A stretch of DNA of 63,827 bases, the filler included, from Octopus bimaculoides (Eukaryota), in assembly GCF_001194135.2 (NCBI RefSeq). It is 6 parts of 5 records of this genome, joined end to end, with 100 filler letters (N's around TTAATTAATTAA, not from the genome) between each part and the next. Parts side by side here need not be neighbours in the genome. Positions count along the whole stretch, not along the records: positions 4,811 to 26,612 come from NC_068986.1; positions 26,713 to 55,437 come from NC_068983.1; 4 more parts are not named here. One strand, given 5' to 3'. A program made the translations under genes and the position numbers. Positions 14,450-26,879 of the stretch are shown piece by piece. Each line of letters starts with the position of its first letter. Position 1 is the stretch's first letter. Below the pieces are notes generated by a model. It ran no database searches, had not been told where the DNA came from, and was given only the letters and a program-made list of their open reading frames with translations.

Positions 14450-14785
14450 ATTATCCTATATTCCGCAACACCATTGATGTTGTGGGTAATTTGCATGACG
14501 GAGATATACGTTAGAGCAAACTTGACACTATATTTTGTATTTTTTGTTGAGAACGCCGAAGAAGTGCTCGATAAGATTATGCAGTTTGTCCAAATATTTG
14601 TATCATATTCTCCCCGAATCGGAAGGCTATTCCGATGCAAGGTTACCCATTTACAGCTGAGTGTTACAGGAGCAACGTGAAATGAAGTGTTTTGCTCAAG
14701 AACACAACGCACTGCTCGGTCTGAGAATCGAACCTACGATCTAGTGATCATGAGTACAGTACCTTAACCCACGCATCTTCACAGG
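14450..14785 (-). mobile_element. Older tRNA-derived SINE (fourth family)
   Basis: Minus strand shows ggttcgattctcagacc (B box) then gttgtgttcttgagcaa; a similar piece lies at 34450-34580. Confidence 0.5.
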
Positions 14786-14797
14786 GAAAGAGAGAGA

Positions 14798-14828
<31 letters not shown>

Positions 14829-16363
14829 TATACATTTTCTCATTGGTATTGTCGTACAATAATTCTTATATAAATAACTTATATTTTACTTTAAATATAT
14901 CAGTGTTGAATGTAATTTTTCTTTTCTTGTTCTCTAAAGATATTAAAACTCATACTTCTGGTTTACTTTCGTCTTTTTTTCTTTATTTTGGCTAAATGAT
15001 CCATAACTTATTTTCATTTCTCTCCCATTTTGCTTTCATCAGTGATTTTCAATTTCATTTTTGTTTTCGCATTCGAGTTTTAATTTCATAACATACTGAA
15101 ATAAGATTTAATTCATTGGGCACTTACTGAATATACTTGTTTCAAAGTTTGGAACAAGGCCAGCAATTTTGGGGGAGGGGTAAGTCTGTAAGTCGATTAC
15201 ATCGACGTCAATGCTTAAATGGTACTTATTTTATCAACCCCGAAAGGATGAAAGACAAAGTCAACCTCAGCGGAATTTGAGCTCACAACGTAAAGACGGA
15301 CGAAATTCCGTTAGGCATTTGCCTGGAGTACTAACGATTCTGCGAGCTCGCCGCCTTACTGATTCAATATATTGATTTCAAATTTTGGCATAGGGCCAGC
15401 AATTTCGAGGATAAATCGATTGCATCGACCCCAGTGCTTAACTCGTACGTATTTTATCAACCCTGAAAGGGATGAAAGGCAAAGTTGACCTTGGCGAAAC
15501 TTGAACTCAGAACGTAAAGATGGATAAAATGCCGTCAAGCATTTGCCCGGCGTGCTAATGATTCAGCCAGCTCGCCACCTCTTACTCCATATATTAACAT
15601 GTTAAAGTACAAGCTGTCTATATGCATACATGTCAATGTTTGTATTTACATGTGAACCACTGAACAAAACGGTGTTGTTGTTTATGTCTAAAATTAAGGT
15701 TGATTCTTCATAATGAGGCCGATACAGCCACAATTAAACTTATCAATACCATTACTGCAACTACAACTACAACTACGGCCACCATAGGAGTTCTCTTGCC
15801 ATTACAAATAACCACTCCTGAATAGCAACATTGTCAGTAAGGAACAGTAAACCTCTACAACTGCTGCTGCAAGAAGGAATGATGTATCACTGCCACTGCC
15901 ACTGCCAAAACTCTTACTATTATTATTATTATGACCAAACAGCCACTACCATACGAACAACAACCCCTATCATGTGAAATTTGAAAGAAAAACATGCGAA
16001 CATTGAAAATTGTTGTCATGAAAATTTAGATTTAATTTGATTCTATCAATCCTCCCCTTTTCTTTGCATGACAAAATATCTTTAACAACTGAAAACGGTA
16101 GTAAGTTTTGATACAAGCATAGATATTTACCTCCGAAAAACTTCACTCTGAAAGAAATTATGAAGCAGTTATATTTTGTGTAATGTCCTTAGCTAGTCCG
16201 GTCAGAAACTTACCATTGATTTCACGTCTACTGCTGCAAGGTTTTTTCGTTTCAGGGATCTTTTCACCATCAACCTGACCAAGACTGTATTTTTACCTTC
16301 ATTAGTAACGAGTCTATATGCTTCCGGACAGTAGCATTTTTCCTCCAGTATATAAGAAACATC

Positions 16364-16392
16364 CCCGAGCAACGCCGGGTGCCTTTGCTGGC
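16364..16392 (+). mobile_element. Possible Helitron 3' terminus
   Basis: cccgagcaacgccggg subterminal hairpin-like motif followed 8 nt later by CTGG (CTRR); no 5' end identified. Confidence 0.4.
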
Positions 16393-16734
16393 ATGTTGTG
16401 TGTGTTTGTGTGTGTGTGTTTGTATGTGTGTATGTGTGTGTGTACGTACGTATGTAAGTATGTATGTCATTGTTCAGTTATATTTCAAGAATTCTTACCG
16501 ATAGAGAGAGCTGGTTTCTAACCTAGATCCAATTTTAAAATCAACAACAAGGTATTTTTGTATGTATGTATGTATGTATGTATGTATGTATGTATGTGTG
16601 CAGATTTGTAATGTATGTATGTATATACGTATGCCGTATGTTGGTAATTTGCACAGTTAAACCTTGCAAGAGGCCGTCTCTCTCCAGGATTCATCAGAGC
16701 CTAGTTCTTCTAAAGATGAAAGATGTGTATGTGT

Positions 16735-16805
<71 letters not shown>

Positions 16806-17029
16806 AGATAAAGCGTGTGTGTTTCTATGTTTTCCAGAGAGAGGGAAGGAGAAAGAGAGGGAGAGGGACTGGGGAGAGAGAGATGCAGCGTTTTACAACT
16901 ACGTGTTGACGCAAGTAAGATATGCTACCGCTGCATTCCATCTTTTCCATATCTACATTGGTTGACGTNNNNNNNNNNTGCATGTACAAAAAAAAAAAAA
17001 AACTAATGTTCAATTCGACTACAGAGTTC

Positions 17030-17460
17030 GGTAATAATCGGAAGAGAACGATCGCGAATAATACAAGCAGTCTAAATGGGATTCCTCCGAAGGATCTCTG
17101 GTTTAACGGTACTCGACAGAGTGTGAAGTTCGGAGATCAGAGAGTTTCTCCAGGTCAAGCCTCTACTTCTTTCCACTGAGGAGTCAAAGCCCTGGTATTA
17201 CGAAAACATGTGATTAGAATATTGCTGGAAAGTAGAGCAAGGGAAAATTCAATTTTAAACCGAGATATGCATTCGTAATCGGCCTGGGAGCCAAGAAGAG
17301 AGATACCTAGGAGGAGACGAAGAATGAGTTGGCTGGAAAATATCCATAGTTCTAGTTCGTCATGCCTGGAAATCTATCCAGAAAGTGTAATGACGGTTGC
17401 TTCTGATAAAAACTCTATGGCGGAGGTGCCTGAGAACTCTACTCCCGCGATCCTCTTAGG
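17030..17460 (+). mobile_element. Highly decayed LINE 3' fragment (RTE-like)
   Basis: ..RRRRMSWLENI resembles the RTE GRPRxRWLDxI motif; many stops. Confidence 0.35.
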
Positions 17461-20163
17461 GAAATATATATATATATATATATATATATANNNNNNNNNN
17501 NNNNNNNNNNNNNNNNNNNNNNNNNNNNNNNNNNNNNNNNNNNNNNNNNNNNNNNNNNNNNNNNNNNNNNNNNNNNNNNNNNNNNNNNNNNNNNNNNNNN
17601 NNNNNNNNNNNNNNNNNNNNNNNNNNNNNNNNNNNNNNNNNNNNNNNNNNNNNNNNNNNNNNNNNNNNNNNNNNNNNNNNNNNNNNNNNNNNNNNNNNNN
17701 NNNNNNNNNNNNNNNNNNNNNNNNNNNNNNNNNNNNNNNNNNNNNNNNNNNNNNNNNNNNNNNNNNNNNNNNNNNNNNNNNNNNNNNNNNNNNNNNNNNN
17801 NNNNNNNNNNNNNNNNNNNNNNNNNNNNNNNNNNNNNNNNNNNNNNNNNNNNNNNNNNNNNNNNNNNNNNNNNNNNNNNNNNNNNNNNNNNNNNNNNNNN
17901 NNNNNNNNNNNNNNNNNNNNNNNNNNNNNNNNNNNNNNNNNNNNNNNNNNNNNNNNNNNNNNNNNNNNNNNNNNNNNNNNNNNNNNNNNNNNNNNNNNNN
18001 NNNNNNNNNNNNNNNNNNNNNNNNNNNNNNNNNNNNNNNNNNNNNNNNNNNNNNNNNNNNNNNNNNNNNNNNNNNNNNNNNNNNNNNNNNNNNNNNNNNN
18101 NNNNNNNNNNNNNNNNNNNNNNNNNNNNNNNNNNNNNNNNNNNNNNNNNNNNNNNNNNNNNNNNNNNNNNNNNNNNNNNNNNNNNNNNNNNNNNNNNNNN
18201 NNNNNNNNNNNNNNNNNNNNNNNNNNNNNNNNNNNNNNNNNNNNNNNNNNNNNNNNNNNNNNNNNNNNNNNNNNNNNNNNNNNNNNNNNNNNNNNNNNNN
18301 NNNNNNNNNNNNNNNNNNNNNNNNNNNNNNNNNNNNNNNNNNNNNNNNNNNTATATATTATTTAAAACAGTTTGATTCGGAATCCGTGCTACTTTAAGTT
18401 TCAGGTTGGTTAGAATCCGAATGGCCGGAGAGATACAAGAAGTTCAAGATGGCTACCGGTTGATGGGCTGCAAAGTGGTCAAGGGAGGTCATGTGATGTC
18501 ACGATTGATAGCATCGCTAAGTAAGCGACAGCAGTTGTTACACGAGGGAAAAGTGCTTCTTTGATTGGACGGGAAATTAGTGGCGATAGTGCAGTTGGGT
18601 ATGGCATGAGTGGGGCTTATAAGCATATGAACTTGTGTGCGCGTGTGCGTGTATGTGTATGTGCGTGTATGCGTATGTATGTGTGTATGTATTTGTGCAG
18701 ATGTGCGGGTGCATATATATGTGTGTGTGTGTGTGTTTGTATGTATGTGTGTGTGCATATAAACGCACACGCACACACACACACACACACACATAGACTA
18801 CTTATGCGTACTGTGTGTGTATGTGTGCGTGAGTATAAGTTTGTGAGCCCGTGTGTGCACTCCGCGGACAATTGTCGTGCTGATGACGCACGCTGAGTTA
18901 GAAACACGAGTCCATGACTCTGAACTCATCTTCAGACAGTATAGCTTATACATATGCACGTGCACACACACACACATATACGCACACACACACGCACGCA
19001 CACACACACACATACACACACACACACGCACACATACAAAACACACATGAATATTATTTGTTTATTGAGACATACATATATATACATACAAGTAAATTAG
19101 TCTTGTTATCTTAAATCCAGCATTTATTTGCCGTTAATTTCCTACACTGTAAAATTACTCCATGAATCGTATAAGTGAAAGACTTTATGAAATGATTCAA
19201 TAGACTGATTTTCACTCTTGGATATTTCCAACATGTTCACTATTATTACATGCAGAAAACCCGATACGATTCTGAAGTTCAAGAAAAAGCTTTCGCGGTT
19301 GATTTCAAATTTCATAGCTGAGTTATAATCTGCTTATGTAGCTGCGTCAAACAATGAGCCATGTGAGTTATCCGAGATTGCAGGTTATCTATAGACGTAG
19401 TTCTCAAACTGACTTATACCATCACTCATACTTCTACCAAAATATTCTCTATTTTTGATGCGGTGGATGTACTACTAGATGTCAGTTTCGAGAACTACAG
19501 ATGCAGATCACAAACAAGTTTAGATAATGCGTGTCTGTTGTCTTCTATTTCTTTCAGACATTTGGCCGCGGTTATGTTGGGGCACTGCTTTGAAGGGTTT
19601 TAGTCGAACAGATGACTCTAGTGCATCTTTTTAAAAGTCTGGTCTCTCTAAGTTACGTGAACGTAAACAAGCCACCACCGGTTGTCAAGCGGTAATCAGA
19701 ACAAAACACACACAGTTTCATAAAGATAGAGACAGCAATTTGTTCGCCCATTTTCAGTTCGCCACGCCAACCAGGAGTAACTCTGATCCAGAGAACCAAG
19801 TTTCGTTGAATAAACAGAATGTTATAATCTTTCTCCTATAACATAAATGAATTATATTAAGATATTAATTAGAGAAAATTTGTTTTATTCTTGCTGTTTT
19901 TTTCTTATTATTAAAGAGCATGCATACGTGTTATTTTTCAGATGAAATCTAATATATGCAAACTAAAACTGATAAAAAGTTTAAATGTAAGACTGAGCAA
20001 AGATGTCATATGTCCTCATACGCGTGGCTGTTTGTTTAAGAAGTCTGTTTCGTATCCACGTGGCTTGGAGTTTAGTCTCACAGCGCGACGTTTTGACTGG
20101 ATGTATTTTACTATAACTCTGGTCTGACTCTTGAATGAAATCGGTAGGGAGAATTTCCCTAAC

Positions 20164-20213
<50 letters not shown>

Positions 20214-21079
20214 GCACAGATAGNNNNNNNNNNNNNNNNNNNNNNNNNNNNNNNNNNNNNNNNNNNNNNNNNNNNNNNNNNNNNNNNNNNNNNNNNNNNN
20301 NNNNNNNNNNNNNNNNNNNNNNNNNNNNNNNNNNNNNNNNNNNNNNNNNNNNNNNNNNNNNNNNNNNNNNNNNNNNNNNNNNNNNNNNNNNNNNNNNNNN
20401 NNNNNNNNNNNNNNNNNNNNNNNNNNNNNNNNNNNNNNNNNNNNNNNNNNNNNNNNNNNNNNNNNNNNNNNNNNNNNNNNNNNNNNNNNNNNNNNNNNNN
20501 NNNNNNNNNNNNNNNNNNNNNNNNNNNNNNNNNNNNNNNNNNNNNNNNNNNNNNNNNNNNNNNNNNNNNNNNNNNNNNNNNNNNNNNNNNNNNNNNNNNN
20601 NNNNNNNNNNNNNNNNNNNNNNNNNNNNNNNNNNNNNNNNNNNNNNNNNNNNNNNNNNNNNNNNNNNNNNNNNNNNNNNNNNNNNNNNNNNNNNNNNNNN
20701 NNNNNNNNNNNNNNNNNNNNNNNNNNNNNNNNNNNNNNNNNNNNNNNNNNNNNNNNNNNNNNNNNNNNNNNNNNNNNNNNNNNNNNNNNNNNNNNNNNNN
20801 NNNNNNNNNNNNNNNNNNNNNNNNNNNNNNNNNNNNNNNNNNNNNNNNNNNNNNNNNNNNNNNNNNNNNNNNNNNNNNNNNNNNNNNNNNNNNNNNNNNN
20901 NNGATTCACACCGTGAAGTACACTCCTAAGTAGCACACTCACCCGCACGCACACACATACACACACACAGGTACACACATGCACACACAGGCACGAATAC
21001 ACACGAACATAAACACACCACACACTTGTGTGTTCATTTATTAATAAATATCATAAAGGTTATATATTTAAGTATACAT

Positions 21080-21125
<46 letters not shown>

Positions 21126-21154
21126 GCACAGATAGATACATACATGCACATAGA

Positions 21155-22327
21155 CAGGGTGCGTAAGATATTTGAGAACAGATTTATGTTTATAAAAAAA
21201 ACACATATATAATAACAGATAACTTTATTTATCAAAACATTTTTTCTATAATGTTATTCAATAAAGCCACCTTCAGCTTCAACAACAGATTTTATATGAG
21301 TTCTAAATTATCTACATGCTCGAATCAAGTGGTCCTGGTTCATTTTGGACATTACTCTGTGTTCTTTGACCTCTCTCTCAACAACGCTCCACATGTAATA
21401 GTCCAATGGATTGAGATCTGGGAAATTAAGAGGCCAAATGTTATGGGTTATGTGATAATACAAAATTTTCAGCCATCCATTCCTGTGTTACTAGAGCCAT
21501 GTGTGATAGAGCAGAGTCTTATTGAAACGCATATGAACTAAACAATTATTTACAAGACCTCAATGTAGGCGGCAGAGTTAGTTCTAACGCCTTGTGGAAA
21601 GAAGTAAAGCGGCATCACATGTCCTTCATTGCTGACAACCCCTAAAACCATAACAGTTGTAGGAAATTTTGTATGCATAACACATGGAATTTCAGGAGGG
21701 TCTGCACATAACGATCTGCTATTTCTTCTGTTGTTAAGTTTTTGATCTTGGTCGAAGTTTTTCTCGTTTGAGAAAAACTAAATCAAATCTTCTGCTGGAT
21801 TTCTCAGTTTGTTTAAGAGTCTTTTAGATCTGATGTCGTGATTTTCTTTTGCTTTCTCTGACAAATTGACCATTCCTCATCATATAAGACTTGTATTTGT
21901 TGTCTTCGAGGACAACATATCTGACTTTTCTTCTGACACATGGAGATCTTCTGCAATTGACCTCATGGACTCTCTCTGGGATTGTAATCAATGGTCTGTT
22001 GAACTTGCTGGATAAATTCAGATGTTCTGATGATTTCAGAGCATTTAGAATGTTTTATATGCTTTGATACTGGTGATACGTTTCCTTCTTCAGTCTCTAG
22101 CTCCTTATACATTTTGTAGACGAAAGATCTGGGAAATTTTAAAAATCGAGATATTTCTAAATCGCTACACTCAGCCTTTATAACCACAATAACAGCGTGC
22201 CACTTCATTACATGAATAAGCTGAGGTTCTGCCATTATTATCTTCTGAAACAAAGATTGTACAGAGTTAACAAAAAATGCAGCAATGATCCCAAAAAGGT
22301 ATGTTCTCAAATACCTTAAGCACCCTG
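21155..22327 (-). mobile_element. maT/DD37D-type Tc1-mariner element with 26-bp TIRs, inactivated
   Basis: TIRs cagggtgcgtaagatatttgagaaca (21155-21180) and tgttctcaaataccttaagcaccctg (22302-22327) match at 24/26, with TA on the right. Transposase N-terminus in ORF 21963-22310; FQ*DSALSH...WPLNFPDLNPLDY gives 37 residues between the Ds after one frameshift correction. Confidence 0.9.
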
Positions 22328-22639
22328 TATATTATAAGTATATATACTCGCGTATATTAAGAAATGCATATATACATACATACATGCATATATATATNNN
22401 NNNNNNNATCTGTATGTATGTATAGGGAAGGTAAGAAGAAAAATAAGCGAAAATGCACATTGGAAACCCTAAAAAGTCAAGGCTTTTTATGAAAAGTAAC
22501 GATAGATATATACAATAAGATGAACTGAAGTAGAAATAAAAGTAATAAAAGTCATTATTGTAAATTGTTAAAGAGATTGAGATTCAAAAGCATACCGGTT
22601 TCGTAATGTTACCAATCATTGCTTTGAATGCACACCGAA

Positions 22640-23490
22640 TACTGAACGGTGTTAAATCTATCCACATATGGAATGAAAAACTTAAAGCCAGAAAATTTTC
22701 TTTCTGGAACATGATCAAAAACAACCACAAGGCAGAAATTTATGAACGCGGTTAAATTTTCACCAATAATTTTGCCTCAGAAATTCCAAATTAAACGTAT
22801 TCCAAACAAGCAGGACCAAGAAAAACAATTAAGGGAGAAACTAACACTGGAAAAAACGAAGACAGAAATAGAACTTCTTAAGCTTAGAACGTTAAGCAAT
22901 GAACAAAAATTTAAGCACATAGATGAGGAAATCTACAACGAACTAAAGAAACATTCAGATGGTCAACGCTGGGAAAGTGTTTTTAAACTGTGAAACACAA
23001 CTTGTGAAGCTGAAGAAACAAATTCCCTACAACGCTGGGAAGGACAAGCCAATTTCTTTATTAACTACGAAACACAGTTCAACATAGAATACGCATCGGA
23101 TAATCCCTTCCTGAAGAAAAATAAACCAAAAACATACACAGAAATGAACCCACGCTTATCTAACACAAACCACAGACGATCTAGGGGACACCGACCTAAT
23201 CTCTCTTACACCCCAAAATAACTTACAAACAACACTCGGGAATTCAGCCCACAATAGAAAATCTGGACGTAATCCTCAAGGCGTCCTACATACAAATCAA
23301 AGGTTCCACCGAAACCTCCAGACTAACCTAAACTTTTTGGGAGCCACTACCTACCAATCCACCTCCATCATCTCACAATAAATGAAAGAATTTACCTCCG
23401 AGACTTAACCGTCAACATGGTTACTTCAATCATTCAACTAGACACAACCTAACTAGGCAACATAATTTCTCCCTCCACCCACATTGCAAT
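22640..23490 (+). mobile_element. Penelope-like element, N-terminal fragment (copy 1)
   Basis: RKFSFWNMIKNNHKAEIYER..EKLTLEKTKTEIELLKLR is homologous to the 5' end of the element at 29723-32980; 23045-23490 aligns with 26905-27360. Confidence 0.75.
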
Positions 23491-23491
23491 A

Positions 23492-23517
23492 TTAAAAAGA
23501 AGTGATGATGATGGTGG

Positions 23518-23556
<39 letters not shown>

Positions 23557-23948
23557 CAATGATGATGATAATGATGATGATGATGATGGTGGTGGCGGTG
23601 GTGGTGGTGGCATCGGGGGTTGCAATGGTGGAGGTTGTGGTGGTGGTGTTGATGTCTGTGGTTGCTACTGGAAGCATTGTTATTGATCTAGTCGACGCTG
23701 ATTTGATATTGTTGTTGCTGTTGTTTTTGTAAAACCATGATGACGATGACAACGGTGCTGGTTGTGGTGATTGTGTTGGTTTGGTTATAGTCCTGGTACT
23801 GTGGTGGAGCGCCTCATACTGGTGTGGCTATCGCTGGCACTGTAGTAGTAGTAGTAGTAGGTGGTGGTGGTAGTAGTAGGTGGTGGTGGTGGTGGTGGTG
23901 GTGGTAGTGGTAGTGGAGGTGCTGCTGCTGCTACTGCTGCTGCTGCTA

Positions 23949-23981
<33 letters not shown>

Positions 23982-24568
23982 ATGATAGTGGTGGTGGCGG
24001 TGCTGGTGCTGTTGTTGTTGTTGTTGGTGGTGGTCGTGGTGGCGGCGGCGGTGGTGATGCTGCCACTGATGATGATAGTTGCGGGGGTGGCGCTGCTGCT
24101 GCTGCTGCTGCTGCTGTTGCTGTTGGTGGTGGTGTTAACTATTTGTCCAAGTGATATGAAACGATGGGTCCTGAACGAAATGATTTGGAAGATGGTGTCA
24201 ATGGCAACATTCCATTTAGAATGACTGCGATCGGATTAAAAATATCAGAACGGGAAGTGCTAAAGGGTTTAGAACGGCAGTCATTTGAATAATTGGGATC
24301 ACGGTCGCCAAGACAGCAAATTGCTGTGTGAATAACAACTCAAGATACGCGTACCAAGAAATAAGACACCCATTTCATAACCCGAAAGCTGCTGCTGCTA
24401 CTACTACTACTATAAGACAATTTTTTACATGAAATAACTCCGAATACAAAAATTTTTTTCTGTTCTATAACACAAAATAGATAAGTATACGAAGTTTGAA
24501 AGTCTTTCGGTACCAAAAACACTACATAAAACATAAATGAAAACTGGTGCCCCAGTTTTGAACTAGAT

Positions 24569-24611
<43 letters not shown>

Positions 24612-25200
24612 CACCACCACCACCATCATCAGTTGCAAAATCGTTACTACAGGTCCAAACTATGTTATCACCATCACTACCAACAACAGCGACACCATAA
24701 TCCTCACGATATTATCCACATTATCACTATCATCATCATCATCATCATCGTCGTCGTCGTCGTCGTCGTCGTCATCGTCATCGTCGTCATCGTCGTCGTT
24801 GTCGTCGTCGTCGTCATCGTCGTCATCGTCATCGTCGTCGTTGTCGTCGTCGTCNNNNNNNNNNNNNNNNNNNNNNNNNNNNNNNNNNNNNNNNNNNNNN
24901 NNNNNNNNNNNNNNNNNNNNNNNNNNNNNNNNNNNNNNNNNNNNNNNNNNNNNNNNNNNNNNNNNNNNNNNNNNNNNNNNNNNNNNNNNNNNNNNNNNNN
25001 NNNNNNNNNNNNNNNNNNNNNNNNNNNNNNNNNNNNNNNNNNNNNNNNNNNNNNNNNNNNNNNNNNNNNNNNNNNNNNNNNNNNNNNNNNNNNNNNNNNN
25101 NNNNNNNNNNNNNNNNNNNNNNNNNNNNNNNNNNNNNNNNNNNNNNNNNNNNNNNNNNNNNNNNNNNNNNNNNNNNNNNNNNNNNNNNNNNNNNNNNNNN

Positions 25201-25244
<44 letters not shown>

Positions 25245-25245
25245 A
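23492..25245. repeat. Compound trinucleotide microsatellite field (GAT, GGT, GTA, GCT, CTA, CAT, CGT)
   Basis: Direct reading; it generates the poly-M/V/G/A/L ORFs in the track. Confidence 0.9.
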
Positions 25246-25325
25246 TGAGGATGCTGAAAAGTTCCTGGTTTAAAGAGTATCGCGGAAAGCCTGGTTGAAG
25301 GCCCAACTTTCCGAGTTCACTTACA

Positions 25326-26215
25326 GGAGGCATGATTTTTATCTGAATTCTTTAGATATAATGTCTAGCCTATTCGCATCTATTTTTGTGTCAGTTTGAA
25401 TGGTGAAGCTCCAGAGGAGTGAGATGTGATCATTTTCAAGCATTGGAGGTGGTTTGTGCTCGCACCAGTTTTTATCATGGGGCAGGTCCACGTTTTTTTA
25501 AATTACCCAGTGAATATATTATGCTGCTCTATCATGCTTGTTGAGATACTCTGTAGGCGCACGAGGAGACAACATGATCAATCGTTTCATTTTGTTGTTG
25601 ACATAAACGACATGTTGGGCAGCTGCCGTTCTTTAATACGTTGGCCCGGTAATTTCTTGTAGGTAGGGATTGATCTTAGGCTGCTGTGATAAACCCCCTT
25701 GTTTCCAATTTTAAGCCAGAAGGCACTGACCATTGATGGGTAAGGGCTTTGTCAACATCGGCGTTATTAGCTCGTTTTGGGTATTTGCCATCAAGAGGTA
25801 TTTCTTGACATTTATCAGTAAGAATATCTAAGGCAGCAGTTTTAGCACGGATTTTCATACGCTTAGCTTTTTCTGTGCTTGTTTCCAGTATGTCTAATTC
25901 TGGAATTTGTTGTATTTGGAATTCACTTAGATATTCCTTTGCCTGTTTTGTTACTGAGTATGATGCTTTCTTGTTTTCATGCTTTGAGAAGTTTTAACAT
26001 CCATTCCTCAGAGTTTTTGAGGTGTCTAGGCCAATTGTGGCAATCTTCATTGTTAATTCAGGTTGCAAGGTCCACGGCCACCCTCTTTTCTTGGCAGGTA
26101 AAGTCGTTCTATATCTACCTTAGGGTGGTGCATTCTATGCATTGTCACAATTTTTGTATTTTTCTGTCAAGATTACATATTTCAGTAATTGACCAGTTAA
26201 TGTTATTGAAACTGT
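25326..26215 (-). mobile_element. R4/Dong-type non-LTR retrotransposon (RLE) C-terminal fragment
   Basis: HQWSVPSGLKLETRGFITAA.DQSLPTRNY..CPTCRLCQQQNETIDHVVSSC..KHDR..IHW..W.EHKP..ILW.FTIQTD..ANRLDI: CCHC knuckle plus the start of a PD-(D/E)xK nuclease. Confidence 0.85.
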
Positions 26216-26235
26216 AAGTCACGACTGGTGTGCTA

Positions 26236-26612
26236 TTATTATTATTATTATTATTATGTTTCTTTTTCTTCTTTCTTCAAATTTTCTTCCATTTCTCGCC
26301 GAGTGTTTTCCGTACACCTAGGGCAGAGAAACTCGTTGTATGCATTTCAGTTTACACACGCAAATTCACAGGTAAAACATGTATTTAAGAAAAAAAAAAA
26401 AAAATTCATGAATAGATGTTGCTTTCACAGCGATAATGCTCTTCTCAGTACATGAGTCGTTCCAGTTAACACGATTTTTTGCACTTCCTGTAGGGATGGT
26501 AAGCCTGGTATCATTTTCAAATAGGTTTCAGTACCTTTTTTAATCATTCCTAGAGATCCTACAATCACTGGTATGGTAGTCGCCTTGAGGTGCCACATTT
26601 TTTCAATTTCTA
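26236..26612 (-). mobile_element. Second R4/Dong 3' end with (TAA)n tail
   Basis: EIEKMWHLKATTIPVIVGSLGMIKKGTETYLKMIPGLPSLQEVQKIVLTGTTHVLRRALSL*, then 3' UTR and (TAA)n. Confidence 0.8.
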
Positions 26613-26712
26613 NNNNNNNNNNNNNNNNNNNNNNNNNNNNNNNNNNNNNNNNNNNNTTAATTAATTAANNNNNNNNNNNNNNNNNNNNNNNNNNNNNNNN
26701 NNNNNNNNNNNN

Positions 26713-26753
<41 letters not shown>

Positions 26754-26879
26754 ATATAGATATGATAAATATGTAAAGATATTATTATTATAAAAAATAA
26801 TAATATAAGTAGCTAGCATGCATTACAATAACCAAAATGATAAAATTATTAATTTACAATTAGGGTACGAGATAGTACA

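Noticed and set aside
16214-16345. Open minus-strand frame ending at a strong donor (G|gtaagt)
   Set aside because: Weak acceptor, no recognisable product and no partner exons.
18400-18620. Promoter-like cluster (ATTGG, TTATAA)
   Set aside because: Short motifs expected by chance; no linked transcript evidence.
23492-24224. Gly/Ala/Val/Met-rich ORFs resembling structural proteins
   Set aside because: Pure trinucleotide repeats open in several frames and on both strands; no splice or start support.
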